64,000 nucleotides of DNA, from contig JAJZSL010000003.1 in the NCBI GenBank assembly GCA_021849805.1, positions 103,229 to 167,228 on the forward strand, read 5' to 3'. Both the position numbers and the translations under genes were made by a program. The notes beneath the pieces were generated by a model. The model was not told where the DNA came from. It searched no databases and saw only the letters and a list, made by a program, of their open reading frames with translations. Position 1 is the stretch's first letter, and each line of letters opens with the position of its first letter. This document shows positions 25,054 to 34,144 of the stretch, one piece after another. Source of the stretch: a bacterium. Lineage in GTDB: Bacteria; Verrucomicrobiota; Verrucomicrobiia; Chthoniobacterales; UBA6821.

Positions 25054-26625
25054 ATGCTTCCTACTTCTTCTTCTCTTGAGGCAATGGATCATGGGAGAAT
25101 TGTTTCTCCAAAACTCTTTCACTTCTCCTGGACATGGCTTTTCCCAATCTTAGCTCTCATGACGACTATTTGGTTTTTTTGGGATCATTGGCGTCAAGAA
25201 GGCCCTACCATTGAAGTTGAATTTCATGAAGCTCCTGGAATTCAAGCTAACAAAACACGTCTTTTCTATCGTGGTGTTGTGGCGGGAGAGGTGACAGATG
25301 TTTCTCTCAATGAGCATTTGAGTAAGGCAATTGTGACAATTCGGCTGAAAGCTTTTGCAACACCTCTTTCTCAAGCAGGTACCATCTACTGGATTGATCA
25401 ACCAGTTCTTAGTCTTGCAAAAACTTCTGGTCTTAGCTCACTCATTCAAGGGAACTCGTTGCAAGCACGCCTCGGAGAGGGGCCTAGAACGACTCATTTC
25501 CTAGGAATGGAGAAAGCCCCTCTTCATCCTCTCGAACCTCCGGGACTCATCCTCAAGCTTACTGCTAAAGAAATTCCTTATTTAGAAGAAGGTTCTCCCA
25601 TTACTTATCGAGGCCTTCCTATTGGAGGAGTCATGCGCAAAGAACTCCTCGAGAATGGAGATTCTTTTCTCATCATTGCTATTCAAAAACAATACATGGG
25701 ACTCATTCATGAGAATAGTCGTTTTTGGATGCTCCCTGCTGCTTCGCTAAAAGTAGGGCCCGCTGGAGCACAAGTAGAAATTGAAAACCTCAAGAGTATG
25801 TTCCTTGGAACAGTTGCTGTTGATACTTTTGAAACACCAAGTCAAGAGGCTAAAAGTGGAGCATCTTTTTCTTTGGCTGCTAATGAGCAGGAGGCTCGAT
25901 CTGGAAGAGAAGGGGTAAGGTTTCAGCTCTGTGCTGCTGAAATTCCAACACTCTACGTAGGCAGTCCTATTCTTTATCGTGGTATCACCGTTGGTAGTGT
26001 GGAGAAGAAGGATCTCGATGAGCAAGGTCGCCCACGGTTGAGTATTTTCATTGAACAAGCATTTGCAAATACTATTCACCAAAAAAGCGTTTTCTGGCGC
26101 TTGCCTGCTACCCAAGTTCAAGCTGGTCCAGGAGTGATTACTATGCAGATTGCTAGCTTGCAAACGCTTCTTCAAGGAGGCATTGCCTACGATTGTTTTG
26201 ATGCTCCTGCTGGAGATCCTCTAGCAGAGCCTGGAAGAACATTTACTCTTTTCTCCAACGAGCAAGTAGCACGACTGAGTCCAGAACCGCTAAAAATTTC
26301 TCTAGAGGAGGGACAAGGGCTCCTTGCCGGAAAGACACAAGTACGCTATCTCGGCCTGCCTATTGGATTGGTAGAGGAGATACGTATTCTTCATCATCAT
26401 GTCGAAATCACTGCTTATTTGGCTCCAGGTTATGATTTCCTGCGTGCCCCTTCAACAAGCTATTCGGTTGTTCGCCCAAAATTAGGATTCGATGGACTCT
26501 CGGGTATTGAGACGCTGGTTAGCGGTGTTTATATTGACTGTAGTCGACCTAAGAAACCGGCTAAGCCACTGTTGCACGTTCTCGAGAGGCTTTGGAGTAG
26601 AGTTCTTCCTAAGAGAGAAAAGTAG
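25054..26625 (+). CDS. PqiB/LetB-like protein with four tandem MCE (MlaD) domains
   Basis: An N-terminal TM is followed by four repeats of the MCE signature: TRLFYRGVVAGEVTDV, GSPITYRGLPIGGV, GSPILYRGITVGSVEK and TQVRYLGLPIGLVEEI. Confidence 0.7.
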   Translation: MLPTSSSLEAMDHGRIVSPKLFHFSWTWLFPILALMTTIWFFWDHWRQEGPTIEVEFHEAPGIQANKTRLFYRGVVAGEVTDVSLNEHLSKAIVTIRLKAFATPLSQAGTIYWIDQPVLSLAKTSGLSSLIQGNSLQARLGEGPRTTHFLGMEKAPLHPLEPPGLILKLTAKEIPYLEEGSPITYRGLPIGGVMRKELLENGDSFLIIAIQKQYMGLIHENSRFWMLPAASLKVGPAGAQVEIENLKSMFLGTVAVDTFETPSQEAKSGASFSLAANEQEARSGREGVRFQLCAAEIPTLYVGSPILYRGITVGSVEKKDLDEQGRPRLSIFIEQAFANTIHQKSVFWRLPATQVQAGPGVITMQIASLQTLLQGGIAYDCFDAPAGDPLAEPGRTFTLFSNEQVARLSPEPLKISLEEGQGLLAGKTQVRYLGLPIGLVEEIRILHHHVEITAYLAPGYDFLRAPSTSYSVVRPKLGFDGLSGIETLVSGVYIDCSRPKKPAKPLLHVLERLWSRVLPKREK

Positions 26626-26651
26626 GAAAAATCAGATTTTCTCTCATCCTC

Positions 26652-27149
26652 ATGAACACCTCGGAACAACTGCTCATTGATTTAAAAAGTGAGGAATACT
26701 TCATGGAGCAAGCGTTGCGTCAAGCAGTGAAAGCTTACGGAAGAGAAGAAGTCCCCGTAGGTGCTGTTATTGTGCATGAAGGTAACATCATTGCTCGTGC
26801 TCATAATGAAGTAGAAACGCTAAGAGATGCTACAGCTCATGCAGAAATTTTAGCTATCACTCAAGCAGCAGAGGTTCTTGGAGATTGGCGTTTAAATCAA
26901 TGTGATCTCTATGTGACCAAAGAGCCTTGTCCCATGTGTGCTGGAGCTTGTGTGAATGCTCGTATCAGCCGTGTGGTCTTTGGATGTAGTGATCCTCACG
27001 GAGGAGGAGCTGGTGGGCTCCTCAATATTCTTCAATTACCAACACTCAATCATCACTGCGATTTTCTTGCTGGTGTGAAGGGAGAGGAATCAGGAGCGCT
27101 CTTAAAAAAATTTTTCCAGAAAAAGAGAACAAGTTCCAAGAAGGAATGA
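26652..27149 (+). CDS. tadA: tRNA adenosine(34) deaminase
   Basis: VPVGAVIV, HAEILAI and the PCPMCAGA zinc-binding motifs. Confidence 0.88.
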   Translation: MNTSEQLLIDLKSEEYFMEQALRQAVKAYGREEVPVGAVIVHEGNIIARAHNEVETLRDATAHAEILAITQAAEVLGDWRLNQCDLYVTKEPCPMCAGACVNARISRVVFGCSDPHGGGAGGLLNILQLPTLNHHCDFLAGVKGEESGALLKKFFQKKRTSSKKE

Positions 27150-27184
27150 TCTTACAGAGTCTCCGTTAATGCCCCCTCTGTGCA

Positions 27185-27547
27185 TCAGTATTGCTCCTTC
27201 AAGATCACATTTCCCTCTCCAAGAAGAATAATGGAGGGTTGATAATTGGAGAGATCAGGCTCATCTTCTACCCAAGCAAAGGACATGATGGTGAGCAAAT
27301 CACCAACCTTGCCTAAAAGTGCGGTGGCTCCATTGAGCTCAATGCTTCCAAGTCCAGTTTTTCCATAGATGACATAGGTTTCAAAACGTTCTCCATTAGC
27401 CATGTTGCTAACCAAGATTTTTTCGTAAGGAAGCAATCCAACACGTTGAGCAAGATCAGCAGCTATCGTTAGGCTCCCTTCATAATCGAGCGAAGCATCG
27501 GTAACACGAGCACGGTGAATTTTCGATTTTAGGAGAGAGAGCTTCAT
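27185..27547 (-). CDS. panD: Aspartate 1-decarboxylase
   Basis: 120 aa. LLKSKIHRARVTDASLDYEGSLTI contains the self-processing G-S site. Confidence 0.9.
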   Translation of the reverse strand: MKLSLLKSKIHRARVTDASLDYEGSLTIAADLAQRVGLLPYEKILVSNMANGERFETYVIYGKTGLGSIELNGATALLGKVGDLLTIMSFAWVEDEPDLSNYQPSIILLGEGNVILKEQY

Positions 27548-27611
27548 AGCGTCATTTTTTTTCGAGCAGAGAAAAGTAGACGTAAATAAAGAGCTTGGCT
27601 ATTTATTTCCT

Positions 27612-28886
27612 ATGAACATTCTCTTAATTGGCTCTGGAGGTCGAGAACATGCACTTGCTTGGAAGCTGCTGCAGAGTCCTCGCTTAAGAAAACTCTACAT
27701 TGCTCCTGGCAATGCAGGAACAGCAATGCTAGGAGAAAATGTTCCTCTAGCAGCTTCTGACACAAAGGGACTTCTCTCCTTTGCTCAAGAAAAAAAAATT
27801 GACCTCACCATCGTTGGTCCAGATGACCCTCTAGCGCTAGGTATTGTTGATCTTTTTGAGGCAGAAGGATTACGGATTTTTGGTCCGAGTCAATTGGGAG
27901 CTCGTTTAGAATCTTCAAAATCGTTTGCTAAAGATTTTATGAATCGTCATGGCATTCCTACAGCAGCTTCTAAGACTTTCACGACTTCCTCAGCAGCTTC
28001 AGCATATGTTCAAACAGCCAACTATCCTTTGGTCATCAAGGCTGATGGACTTGCTCTTGGAAAAGGAGTGATCATCGCAACCAAGAGAGAAGAAGCACTA
28101 GGAGCGATTCACCAATCTATGGATCTTGGGCTCTTTGGAGCAGCAGGAAGGACTATTCTTATTGAAGAATTTCTCTCTGGTGTAGAATGTTCTCTCCATG
28201 CACTGGTGGATGGGAAAAGCAAACTTCTCTTTCCTGATGCACGAGATCATAAAAGGGTTTTTGATGGCAATCGAGGACCCAACACAGGGGGTATGGGAAC
28301 TATTTCACCCTCGGGTCTTCTCGATGCTCAAGTTGAGAAAACATTAGAGAGAATGCTCTTTGAACCCTTACTACGTGGATTAAAAGCTGACTCACTACCA
28401 TTTCGGGGAATGCTCTTTCCTGGAATTATGCTCACGGAAGAAGGACCAAAAGTATTAGAATTTAACTGTCGCTTTGGTGATCCAGAAACACAAGTCTTCC
28501 TGCGTCGTCTCAAGAGTGATCTTCTCGATCTTCTCGAAGCAACAGTAGATGGAACTCTTGCAAATGAAGAACCAAGTTGGGAGGAGCGCTCGGCTGTTTG
28601 TATTGTTCTGGCTTCTGGAGGATATCCTGGCTCTAGTGAAAAAGGAAAAATCATCCAGGGGCTCACTGCTGCTCAAGCTCTCGATCCTGATATTGTACTC
28701 TTTCATGCAGGAGTGGTCCAAGAAGGTTCTTCCTATTATACGGCTGGAGGCCGTGTTTTAGGAATCACGGCGCTTGGAGCAACGCTTCAAGAAGCCTCTC
28801 AGAGAGCCTATGCTGCTGCTGAGCTGATTCATTTTGAAGGAAAGCACTACCGAAGAGATATTGGAGTGGGCATCAGGACGATCTAG
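27612..28886 (+). CDS. purD: Phosphoribosylamine-glycine ligase
   Basis: 424 aa. MNILLIGSGGREHALAWKL, VIKADGLALGKGV and EFNCRFGDPETQ. Confidence 0.93.
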   Translation: MNILLIGSGGREHALAWKLLQSPRLRKLYIAPGNAGTAMLGENVPLAASDTKGLLSFAQEKKIDLTIVGPDDPLALGIVDLFEAEGLRIFGPSQLGARLESSKSFAKDFMNRHGIPTAASKTFTTSSAASAYVQTANYPLVIKADGLALGKGVIIATKREEALGAIHQSMDLGLFGAAGRTILIEEFLSGVECSLHALVDGKSKLLFPDARDHKRVFDGNRGPNTGGMGTISPSGLLDAQVEKTLERMLFEPLLRGLKADSLPFRGMLFPGIMLTEEGPKVLEFNCRFGDPETQVFLRRLKSDLLDLLEATVDGTLANEEPSWEERSAVCIVLASGGYPGSSEKGKIIQGLTAAQALDPDIVLFHAGVVQEGSSYYTAGGRVLGITALGATLQEASQRAYAAAELIHFEGKHYRRDIGVGIRTI

Positions 28887-28928
28887 TTTTCTTAAGGTGT
28901 CGCGATACTTTTTCCTTGAGGAGATGAT

Positions 28929-29615
28929 ATGAAAGCTCTCCCTTTCTTTCTTGTTGCTTTCCTTCTTGGTTCTGCTCTGAGCAAAGGAGATGAAGTAGAT
29001 GTTAGTAGCAAGAAGAGTGACGTAGTGCTTGTCGACCCTTCCAGTGAGGATGCTTTTATTTCTTCTTGGAAAAATTTGGCAATGACTTGGGGAGATTTAG
29101 TAGCACACTTGAATCAAGCACAAGATCCCACACTCTATCAACCTCAGATGACTCCTTATATCACCTGTTTGGTAGGATCCATCAATGATGGTTCAGTAGT
29201 AAGGAGGCATGACTACTATTCCATCAATGAGCAGCATCCTGAATATGAAGGAGAATTGGTTAATGCGACCATGAGTAAGGTTCATGACGAACATACTGTT
29301 GAGCTTGATGAAAATAAGGAGTCCTTTGCTCAACGTGAAGCTGGCGACACTGATTCCTTCAAGATTAACCATTCTTCCGGGAGTGAGGCCTCAAGCCAGA
29401 GAACATCAAATTTAACGAATCAACATACTAAGGAACATGCTAAGACACAACAGGAGACCATGTATCTGTTTGGTTATGGAATGAATCTTCTAGGGGCTCT
29501 AGTGGCCTCCTGTTTAATCGATTCATTTGGTCCTCTTATTGTGCCGGTTCTTGTCATCTATGTTACTCTTCAGACATTCTTCTTAACTATGTCTATTAAT
29601 ACGATCGCTACCTAG
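28929..29615 (+). CDS. Hypothetical protein with an N-terminal signal-like segment and a C-terminal bilobed hydrophobic hairpin
   Basis: 228 aa. MKALPFFLVAFLLGSALS at the N-terminus, a polar middle, and two hydrophobic stretches at the C-terminus separated by DSFG (LFGYGMNLLGALVASCLI / PLIVPVLVIYVTLQTFFLTMSI). No family recognised. Confidence 0.55.
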   Translation: MKALPFFLVAFLLGSALSKGDEVDVSSKKSDVVLVDPSSEDAFISSWKNLAMTWGDLVAHLNQAQDPTLYQPQMTPYITCLVGSINDGSVVRRHDYYSINEQHPEYEGELVNATMSKVHDEHTVELDENKESFAQREAGDTDSFKINHSSGSEASSQRTSNLTNQHTKEHAKTQQETMYLFGYGMNLLGALVASCLIDSFGPLIVPVLVIYVTLQTFFLTMSINTIAT

Positions 29616-29649
29616 TATGACTGCTAGTTGTTGATTTATTTAGTTGTTG

Positions 29650-29813
29650 GTCTCTTTTCCTCATTCCCGTGGAGGCGGGAATCCAGAAGGCCTTATGGAG
29701 GAGCATGGGAAGCTCTTTTAGAAAAACTTTCAAAAAGATGACGGCCATATAGATGGAATGGAACTTCTCACTGAGTGCCCTTCTATTGATCATTTTTATT
29801 TTGGAGAGTAGTG
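29650..29813 (+). mobile_element. MITE-like repeat, copy 1 (internally deleted form)
   Basis: Left-end remnant ctcttttcc (29652-29660); hairpin attccc-N8-gggaat (29663-29682); module ...gaagctcttttagaaaaactttcaaaaag; right end ttctattgatcatttttattttggagagtagtg, shared with the copies at 37.6, 58.1 and 63.8 kb. Confidence 0.8.
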
Positions 29814-29866
29814 TAAGAAAATATAATTTGCTCAACTTTTTAGCAATTCTGCTACTCTTCGTCTTT

Positions 29867-30376
29867 ATGTCTCTCCATGCTCCTGAACACACAGGTTATC
29901 GTTCCCAATCACCTTGTCGTATTACCATCGTAGCTAGTCGCTACAATGAAGTTTTTGTTACTTCTTTAATCCGAGAAGCTCAAAAAGCTATCCTTGCTCT
30001 TGCTCCTGAGACTATTCTTGAGCTCTTACGTGTTCCTGGTGCATTTGAGATACCGCTTGCCATCAAGCTTGTAGCCGAACATCAAAAGCCAGATGCCATC
30101 ATTGCCCTGGGAGTTATCTTGCGCGGAGAAACAGCACATGCTCATCTCATTGCTACTGCTCTTAGTGAGCAGCTCCTCGCCCTTTCCCTGGAGTATTCTC
30201 TTCCTGTTATTCATGAAGTGTTATTACTCGATAGTCAAGCACAAGCAAGAGCACGTTGTTTTGGTAGTCAAATCAATCGTGGAGCTGAAGCTGGGCAATG
30301 TGCTCTTTCTATGATCGAGGTCACTCGCTCCATGATCGCCAAAGGAGTCGTGGATGAACTAGGGACAAATCATTAA
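29867..30376 (+). CDS. ribH: 6,7-dimethyl-8-ribityllumazine synthase
   Basis: ITIVASRYNEVFV ... VPGAFEIPLA ... IIALGVILRGETAHAHLI. The start is set at the internal Met39 of ORF 29753..30376, because the upstream 114 nt are the MITE-like repeat. Confidence 0.85.
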   Translation: MSLHAPEHTGYRSQSPCRITIVASRYNEVFVTSLIREAQKAILALAPETILELLRVPGAFEIPLAIKLVAEHQKPDAIIALGVILRGETAHAHLIATALSEQLLALSLEYSLPVIHEVLLLDSQAQARARCFGSQINRGAEAGQCALSMIEVTRSMIAKGVVDELGTNH

Positions 30377-30384
30377 CACAAGCT

Positions 30385-30840
30385 ATGGGAGTCCGTCATG
30401 AAGGGCGTGAAGCCGCTATGCAATTTCTTTATCAATGGGATTTGGGAGGGAATAGAGAAGAGAGAGACTTAGAAGATTTTTTTTCTTTTCGAAAACTCAG
30501 TCCAGCAGCAACTCGATTTTGTCGTTCTCTTTTAGCAGGAGCTCTAAGCACAATTCCCCAAATTGATCAAATTTTAGAAGAGCATCTTCAAAATTATCAA
30601 CTCAGCAGGCTCTCTACAGTTGATAGAAATGTTCTAAGAGTTGCTATCTATGAACTGCTTTTCTCCCCAAAAACACCAGTAGCTGTTATTATTGATGAAG
30701 CAATTACAATTGCAAAAAAATATGGCACACAGGAGTCAGGACGTTTTGTCAATGGAATTTTAGATAAAATAAAACATTCACTTTCACAATCCTCATATGG
30801 GTCTACTCACATCACTTCTAGGACATCTTGGCATCAGTAG
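30385..30840 (+). CDS. nusB: Transcription antitermination factor NusB
   Basis: REAAMQFLYQWD ... DRNVLRVAIYELLF ... IDEAITIAKKYGTQESGRFVNGILDKI. The ribH-nusB gene pair is a conserved arrangement. Confidence 0.85.
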   Translation: MGVRHEGREAAMQFLYQWDLGGNREERDLEDFFSFRKLSPAATRFCRSLLAGALSTIPQIDQILEEHLQNYQLSRLSTVDRNVLRVAIYELLFSPKTPVAVIIDEAITIAKKYGTQESGRFVNGILDKIKHSLSQSSYGSTHITSRTSWHQ

Positions 30841-31648
30841 AGGAGCTCCCGTTGACTGGGAGGAACTGGAAGCAATACTCTACCAAACCGACTTGGGAGG
30901 AGGGACGATTGCTTCACTGATGACACTCCTTGAAGAGAAGAAAAACTCTCTCGATGCAAAGACTATTCTTGAAGCAGCACGAAGTGAGATCAAAAACTTT
31001 CTTCCTCCTCTACCTGAAACACTCCTGCCAAGAAGTGATGGCCCTACCGTGATTTTTTTGGTTGGTGTTAATGGTACTGGTAAAACAACCAGTGCAGCTA
31101 AGCTTGCTTACTATTTAAAAAATCAAGGCTACTCTTCACTCCTTGCTGCAGCAGATACTTTCCGAGCAGCAGCTATCGAGCAGCTCTCCTCCTGGGGGGA
31201 GCGTCTTGACATTGAAGTAGTGAAGAGCACTTATCGTGCTGATGCAGCAGCACTCTGCCATGATGCTCTTTCCAAAGCACAACGGCTGAAAGCAGATTTT
31301 CTTATTTGTGATACAGCAGGTCGTCTTCACACAAAATCAAACTTAATGGAGGAATTAGCAAAAATAAAACGTACTGTTGCTAAACTTGACCCTTCTGCTC
31401 CTCATCACCTACTTCTTGTCGTTGATACAACCACAGGAACCAATGCTCTTGAGCAAGCTAAAGAATTTCATCGCGCCATAGGGCTAACCGGTCTCATTGT
31501 TACTAAAATGGATGGTGCGGGACGAGGTGGTGTTCTTGTTGCTATTGCACGGGAGATAGGAGTAACTCCTCTTTTTATTGGTACAGGAGAGGAAGCTACG
31601 GACTTTCAACCCTTCGATGTCGATTCCTTTTTAAGAAGGCTCCTCTAG
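30797..31648 (+). CDS. ftsY: Signal recognition particle receptor FtsY (NG domain only)
   Basis: GVNGTGKTTSAAKLA, DTAGRLH, TKMDGAGRGG. There is no acidic A domain. It overlaps the nusB tail by 44 nt. Confidence 0.88.
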   Translation: MGLLTSLLGHLGISRGAPVDWEELEAILYQTDLGGGTIASLMTLLEEKKNSLDAKTILEAARSEIKNFLPPLPETLLPRSDGPTVIFLVGVNGTGKTTSAAKLAYYLKNQGYSSLLAAADTFRAAAIEQLSSWGERLDIEVVKSTYRADAAALCHDALSKAQRLKADFLICDTAGRLHTKSNLMEELAKIKRTVAKLDPSAPHHLLLVVDTTTGTNALEQAKEFHRAIGLTGLIVTKMDGAGRGGVLVAIAREIGVTPLFIGTGEEATDFQPFDVDSFLRRLL

Positions 31649-31662
31649 GGAGTATCTTCTAA

Positions 31663-32364
31663 TCAATTTGATCGACGCAGCAGAAGTAGTGCTAGCATAC
31701 GGCCTGTTTTTCCTCGTTCTCGGCGATAGGAATAGTAGCGCTGAGGGTGAGAGGCTGTACATACTTGTTGGTCATTAATGAGAGTCACTCCAGCTTCATG
31801 AGCTTGATCACGGAGTATTTGAGCAAAATCAATTTCATAATGAGGAGGGCGAATACAAGGGCCAATAGTTATGACCATCTCAGAGGGATCAAGTTGAAAA
31901 GTTTTTTGCATTTTTTCAATAGCCTTAGGGAGAATACCAGCCTCTGTTCCTTTTCGGCCAGCATGGAGGAGTGCTCCAGCACGACCCCTTCGATCAACAA
32001 TCCAAACTGGAGCACAATCTGCTACACGAATCCCTAATAGGAGATTTGGAGAAGAGGTCATCAACCCATCAACGTTAGGAATTTTCTGCTTTTCTTCGGG
32101 AGCAGGAGACTCGATGAGGGCAATCTCTGATCCATGACATTGCTCCGCGGTCACCAAACAGGGGGCTTTTACTTTTTCAATGGGAGGAAAAAGTTTTCTA
32201 ATAATTTCTAAATGGATTGGTTCTTGAAGAAGTAGAGCAGCTTGGCGATCTGAAGGTAATAGAAGTCCCGAAATACGCCCAACGAAGAAGGCTACTGCAG
32301 GAACATCTTGCTGCAATGAGAGTGGAATTTTCTCAAGGAAGGCTTCTGGGGAAGAAGTTTTCAA
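31663..32364 (-). CDS. pgeF: YfiH/PgeF-family (DUF152) laccase-domain protein
   Basis: QCHGSEIA ... DGLMTS ... RVADCAPVW ... LHAGRKGTEAGI ... CTASHPQRYYSYRRE. Confidence 0.8.
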   Translation of the reverse strand: MKTSSPEAFLEKIPLSLQQDVPAVAFFVGRISGLLLPSDRQAALLLQEPIHLEIIRKLFPPIEKVKAPCLVTAEQCHGSEIALIESPAPEEKQKIPNVDGLMTSSPNLLLGIRVADCAPVWIVDRRGRAGALLHAGRKGTEAGILPKAIEKMQKTFQLDPSEMVITIGPCIRPPHYEIDFAQILRDQAHEAGVTLINDQQVCTASHPQRYYSYRRERGKTGRMLALLLLRRSN

Positions 32365-32478
32365 AAGAAATAATAAATTAAGGTGAACAATATTGGAGAG
32401 AACGATTGTTCCCTCTTCCTTGGTTCCTGATCGATAAGAAGTAGGAAGGCTAGGGCCAAGAATAGGGAGAGAAATTGA

Positions 32479-33420
32479 TTAACATTGAGCTAGAGCTCTT
32501 AACTTTTCCCAAGCTATCTTTTCCTCTTTAGAAAGAGTTGTTGGAATCATGATATGAAGAAGAGCAAAGAAATCACCTCGTTCACCGGAGCTCTTAGGAA
32601 GACCTTGTTGGGGAATACGGAATTTTTTCCCCTGCTCGCTCTTGGGAGGTATTTTAAGTTTTATGCGACCGCTTAGTGTAGGAATCATCAGTTCTCCTCC
32701 GAGTACTGCCTGCCAAGGTGGAACTTCTAAATCATAATAGATGTCACTGCCTTGAACGTAGAAATCAGGATGCTTCTCTAACTTAATACGAAGATAGAGA
32801 TCTCCTGGTTTTCCCTGAGGGCCACCAGGGCTGCCTTGACCTGCAAGTCGAATGCGCTGTCCTTCATGAACACCTTGAGGAATTTTAATCGTGTAGGTTT
32901 GTAATGGTTGGGAGGGACTTTTTCTCAAAGAAATTTGACGCGTTGCTCCATGAAGAATCTCCTCAAGGGGAACTAAAATATCAGCCTCTATATCACTTCC
33001 TTCTTGAGGTTTCTCTTTCATATCACCAAACGGAGAACCTGAACGACGTGTGCCAAAAAATTGCTCAAAGAAATCACTATATCCACTGCCAGCAAATTGA
33101 AATTCCTCTCCTCCCATCGAAGCAAATCCACCCATTCCCCCAAATCCTGAAGGCTGAGCATGAGCTGCTCTACCATATCCAGAGCCAATTTGAGACCAAT
33201 TAGCTCCATAGGAATCATATTTTTTTCGATTTTCTGGATCGCTTAAAACTTCATAAGCTTCATTGATTTCTTTGAATTTTTCTTCAGCTGCTTTTTTGTC
33301 TTTGGCTAAATCAGGGTGATGCTTTCGAGCTAACTTACGGAAAGCACTTTTGATTTCATCGGCCGTTGCCGATTTAGAAACTCCTAATATCTGGTAATAA
33401 TCACGAAAAGAGACCGGCAT
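32479..33420 (-). CDS. cbpA: DnaJ-class co-chaperone without zinc finger (CbpA-like)
   Basis: J domain [34 protein letters not shown], a G/F-rich linker and two DnaJ C-terminal domains. No CxxCxGxG repeats. Confidence 0.8.
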   Translation of the reverse strand: MPVSFRDYYQILGVSKSATADEIKSAFRKLARKHHPDLAKDKKAAEEKFKEINEAYEVLSDPENRKKYDSYGANWSQIGSGYGRAAHAQPSGFGGMGGFASMGGEEFQFAGSGYSDFFEQFFGTRRSGSPFGDMKEKPQEGSDIEADILVPLEEILHGATRQISLRKSPSQPLQTYTIKIPQGVHEGQRIRLAGQGSPGGPQGKPGDLYLRIKLEKHPDFYVQGSDIYYDLEVPPWQAVLGGELMIPTLSGRIKLKIPPKSEQGKKFRIPQQGLPKSSGERGDFFALLHIMIPTTLSKEEKIAWEKLRALAQC

Positions 33421-33534
33421 AAGCTTAAGTAGTAACTAAAGTAGTTATTCAAAAACTAGTTTAATAATTTCCTGTGAGTCGCTACAGAAAAAAATGATTC
33501 TTCCTCAAAAAAGCTTTCTTTCCCTTTTCCAATC

Positions 33535-34113
33535 ATGCAGCATCCCCATCCAGCTTTTTTCTTTATGATCCTCGTTCTCTCTTGCAGTCACCATCCTGAA
33601 AGTCGCTCTCGTCTTTTAGCAGAAGCTGCAACCAAGTCCCTAACAGCAATAGGAGCTACTCTTCACTTTCTTGATCTCCGAACATTACAACTTCCTCTCT
33701 GTGATGGACATTCCTCTCATGCTCATCCTCATGTCAATGAGGCCTGCAAGCTTGTCCAATCCGCAGAAGGTATTCTTCTCTCAACTCCTATCTACAACTA
33801 TGGAGCTGCAGCAATTACCAAAAATTTCATTGAACTGACGGGAGCTACTTGGCAAGGGAAACCAGTGGGTCTTCTTTGTGCTGCTGGAGGGAAGGGAAGC
33901 TACATGGCTCTTCTTCCGCTAGCAGGAGCACTGATGCTTGATTTTCACTGTTACCTGCTTCCTCGTCATGTTTATGCAACAGGAGATCAATTTGAAGGAA
34001 ATTGTATTATTGATCCCCAGCTTCAAGAGCGCATTGAACTCCTTGCTGCTGATATTTACTGGCTTTCGGGAGCACTCTCTGAGCGATTAGCAAAAAGTAA
34101 ATCCTCGTTTTGA
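33535..34113 (+). CDS. NAD(P)H-dependent FMN reductase family protein
   Basis: Flavodoxin-like fold pattern (ILVLSCSHHPESRSR ... ILLSTPIYNYGAAAITKNFIE). The probable true start is the internal Met at 33565. Confidence 0.55.
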   Translation: MQHPHPAFFFMILVLSCSHHPESRSRLLAEAATKSLTAIGATLHFLDLRTLQLPLCDGHSSHAHPHVNEACKLVQSAEGILLSTPIYNYGAAAITKNFIELTGATWQGKPVGLLCAAGGKGSYMALLPLAGALMLDFHCYLLPRHVYATGDQFEGNCIIDPQLQERIELLAADIYWLSGALSERLAKSKSSF

Positions 34114-34144
34114 TTTTTTCTTCTTCTCATAGAATACTCCACTT

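Noticed and set aside
29608-29892. 94-aa minus-strand ORF, plus the 38-codon N-terminal extension of the ribH ORF (29753-29866), both over the 29.7-kb intergenic region.
   Set aside because: Both are read through MITE-like copy 1. The peptide segments (for example ...WIPASTGMRK...) are the kind of pseudo-peptide produced by the palindromic repeat. ribH homology begins only at the internal Met (29867).
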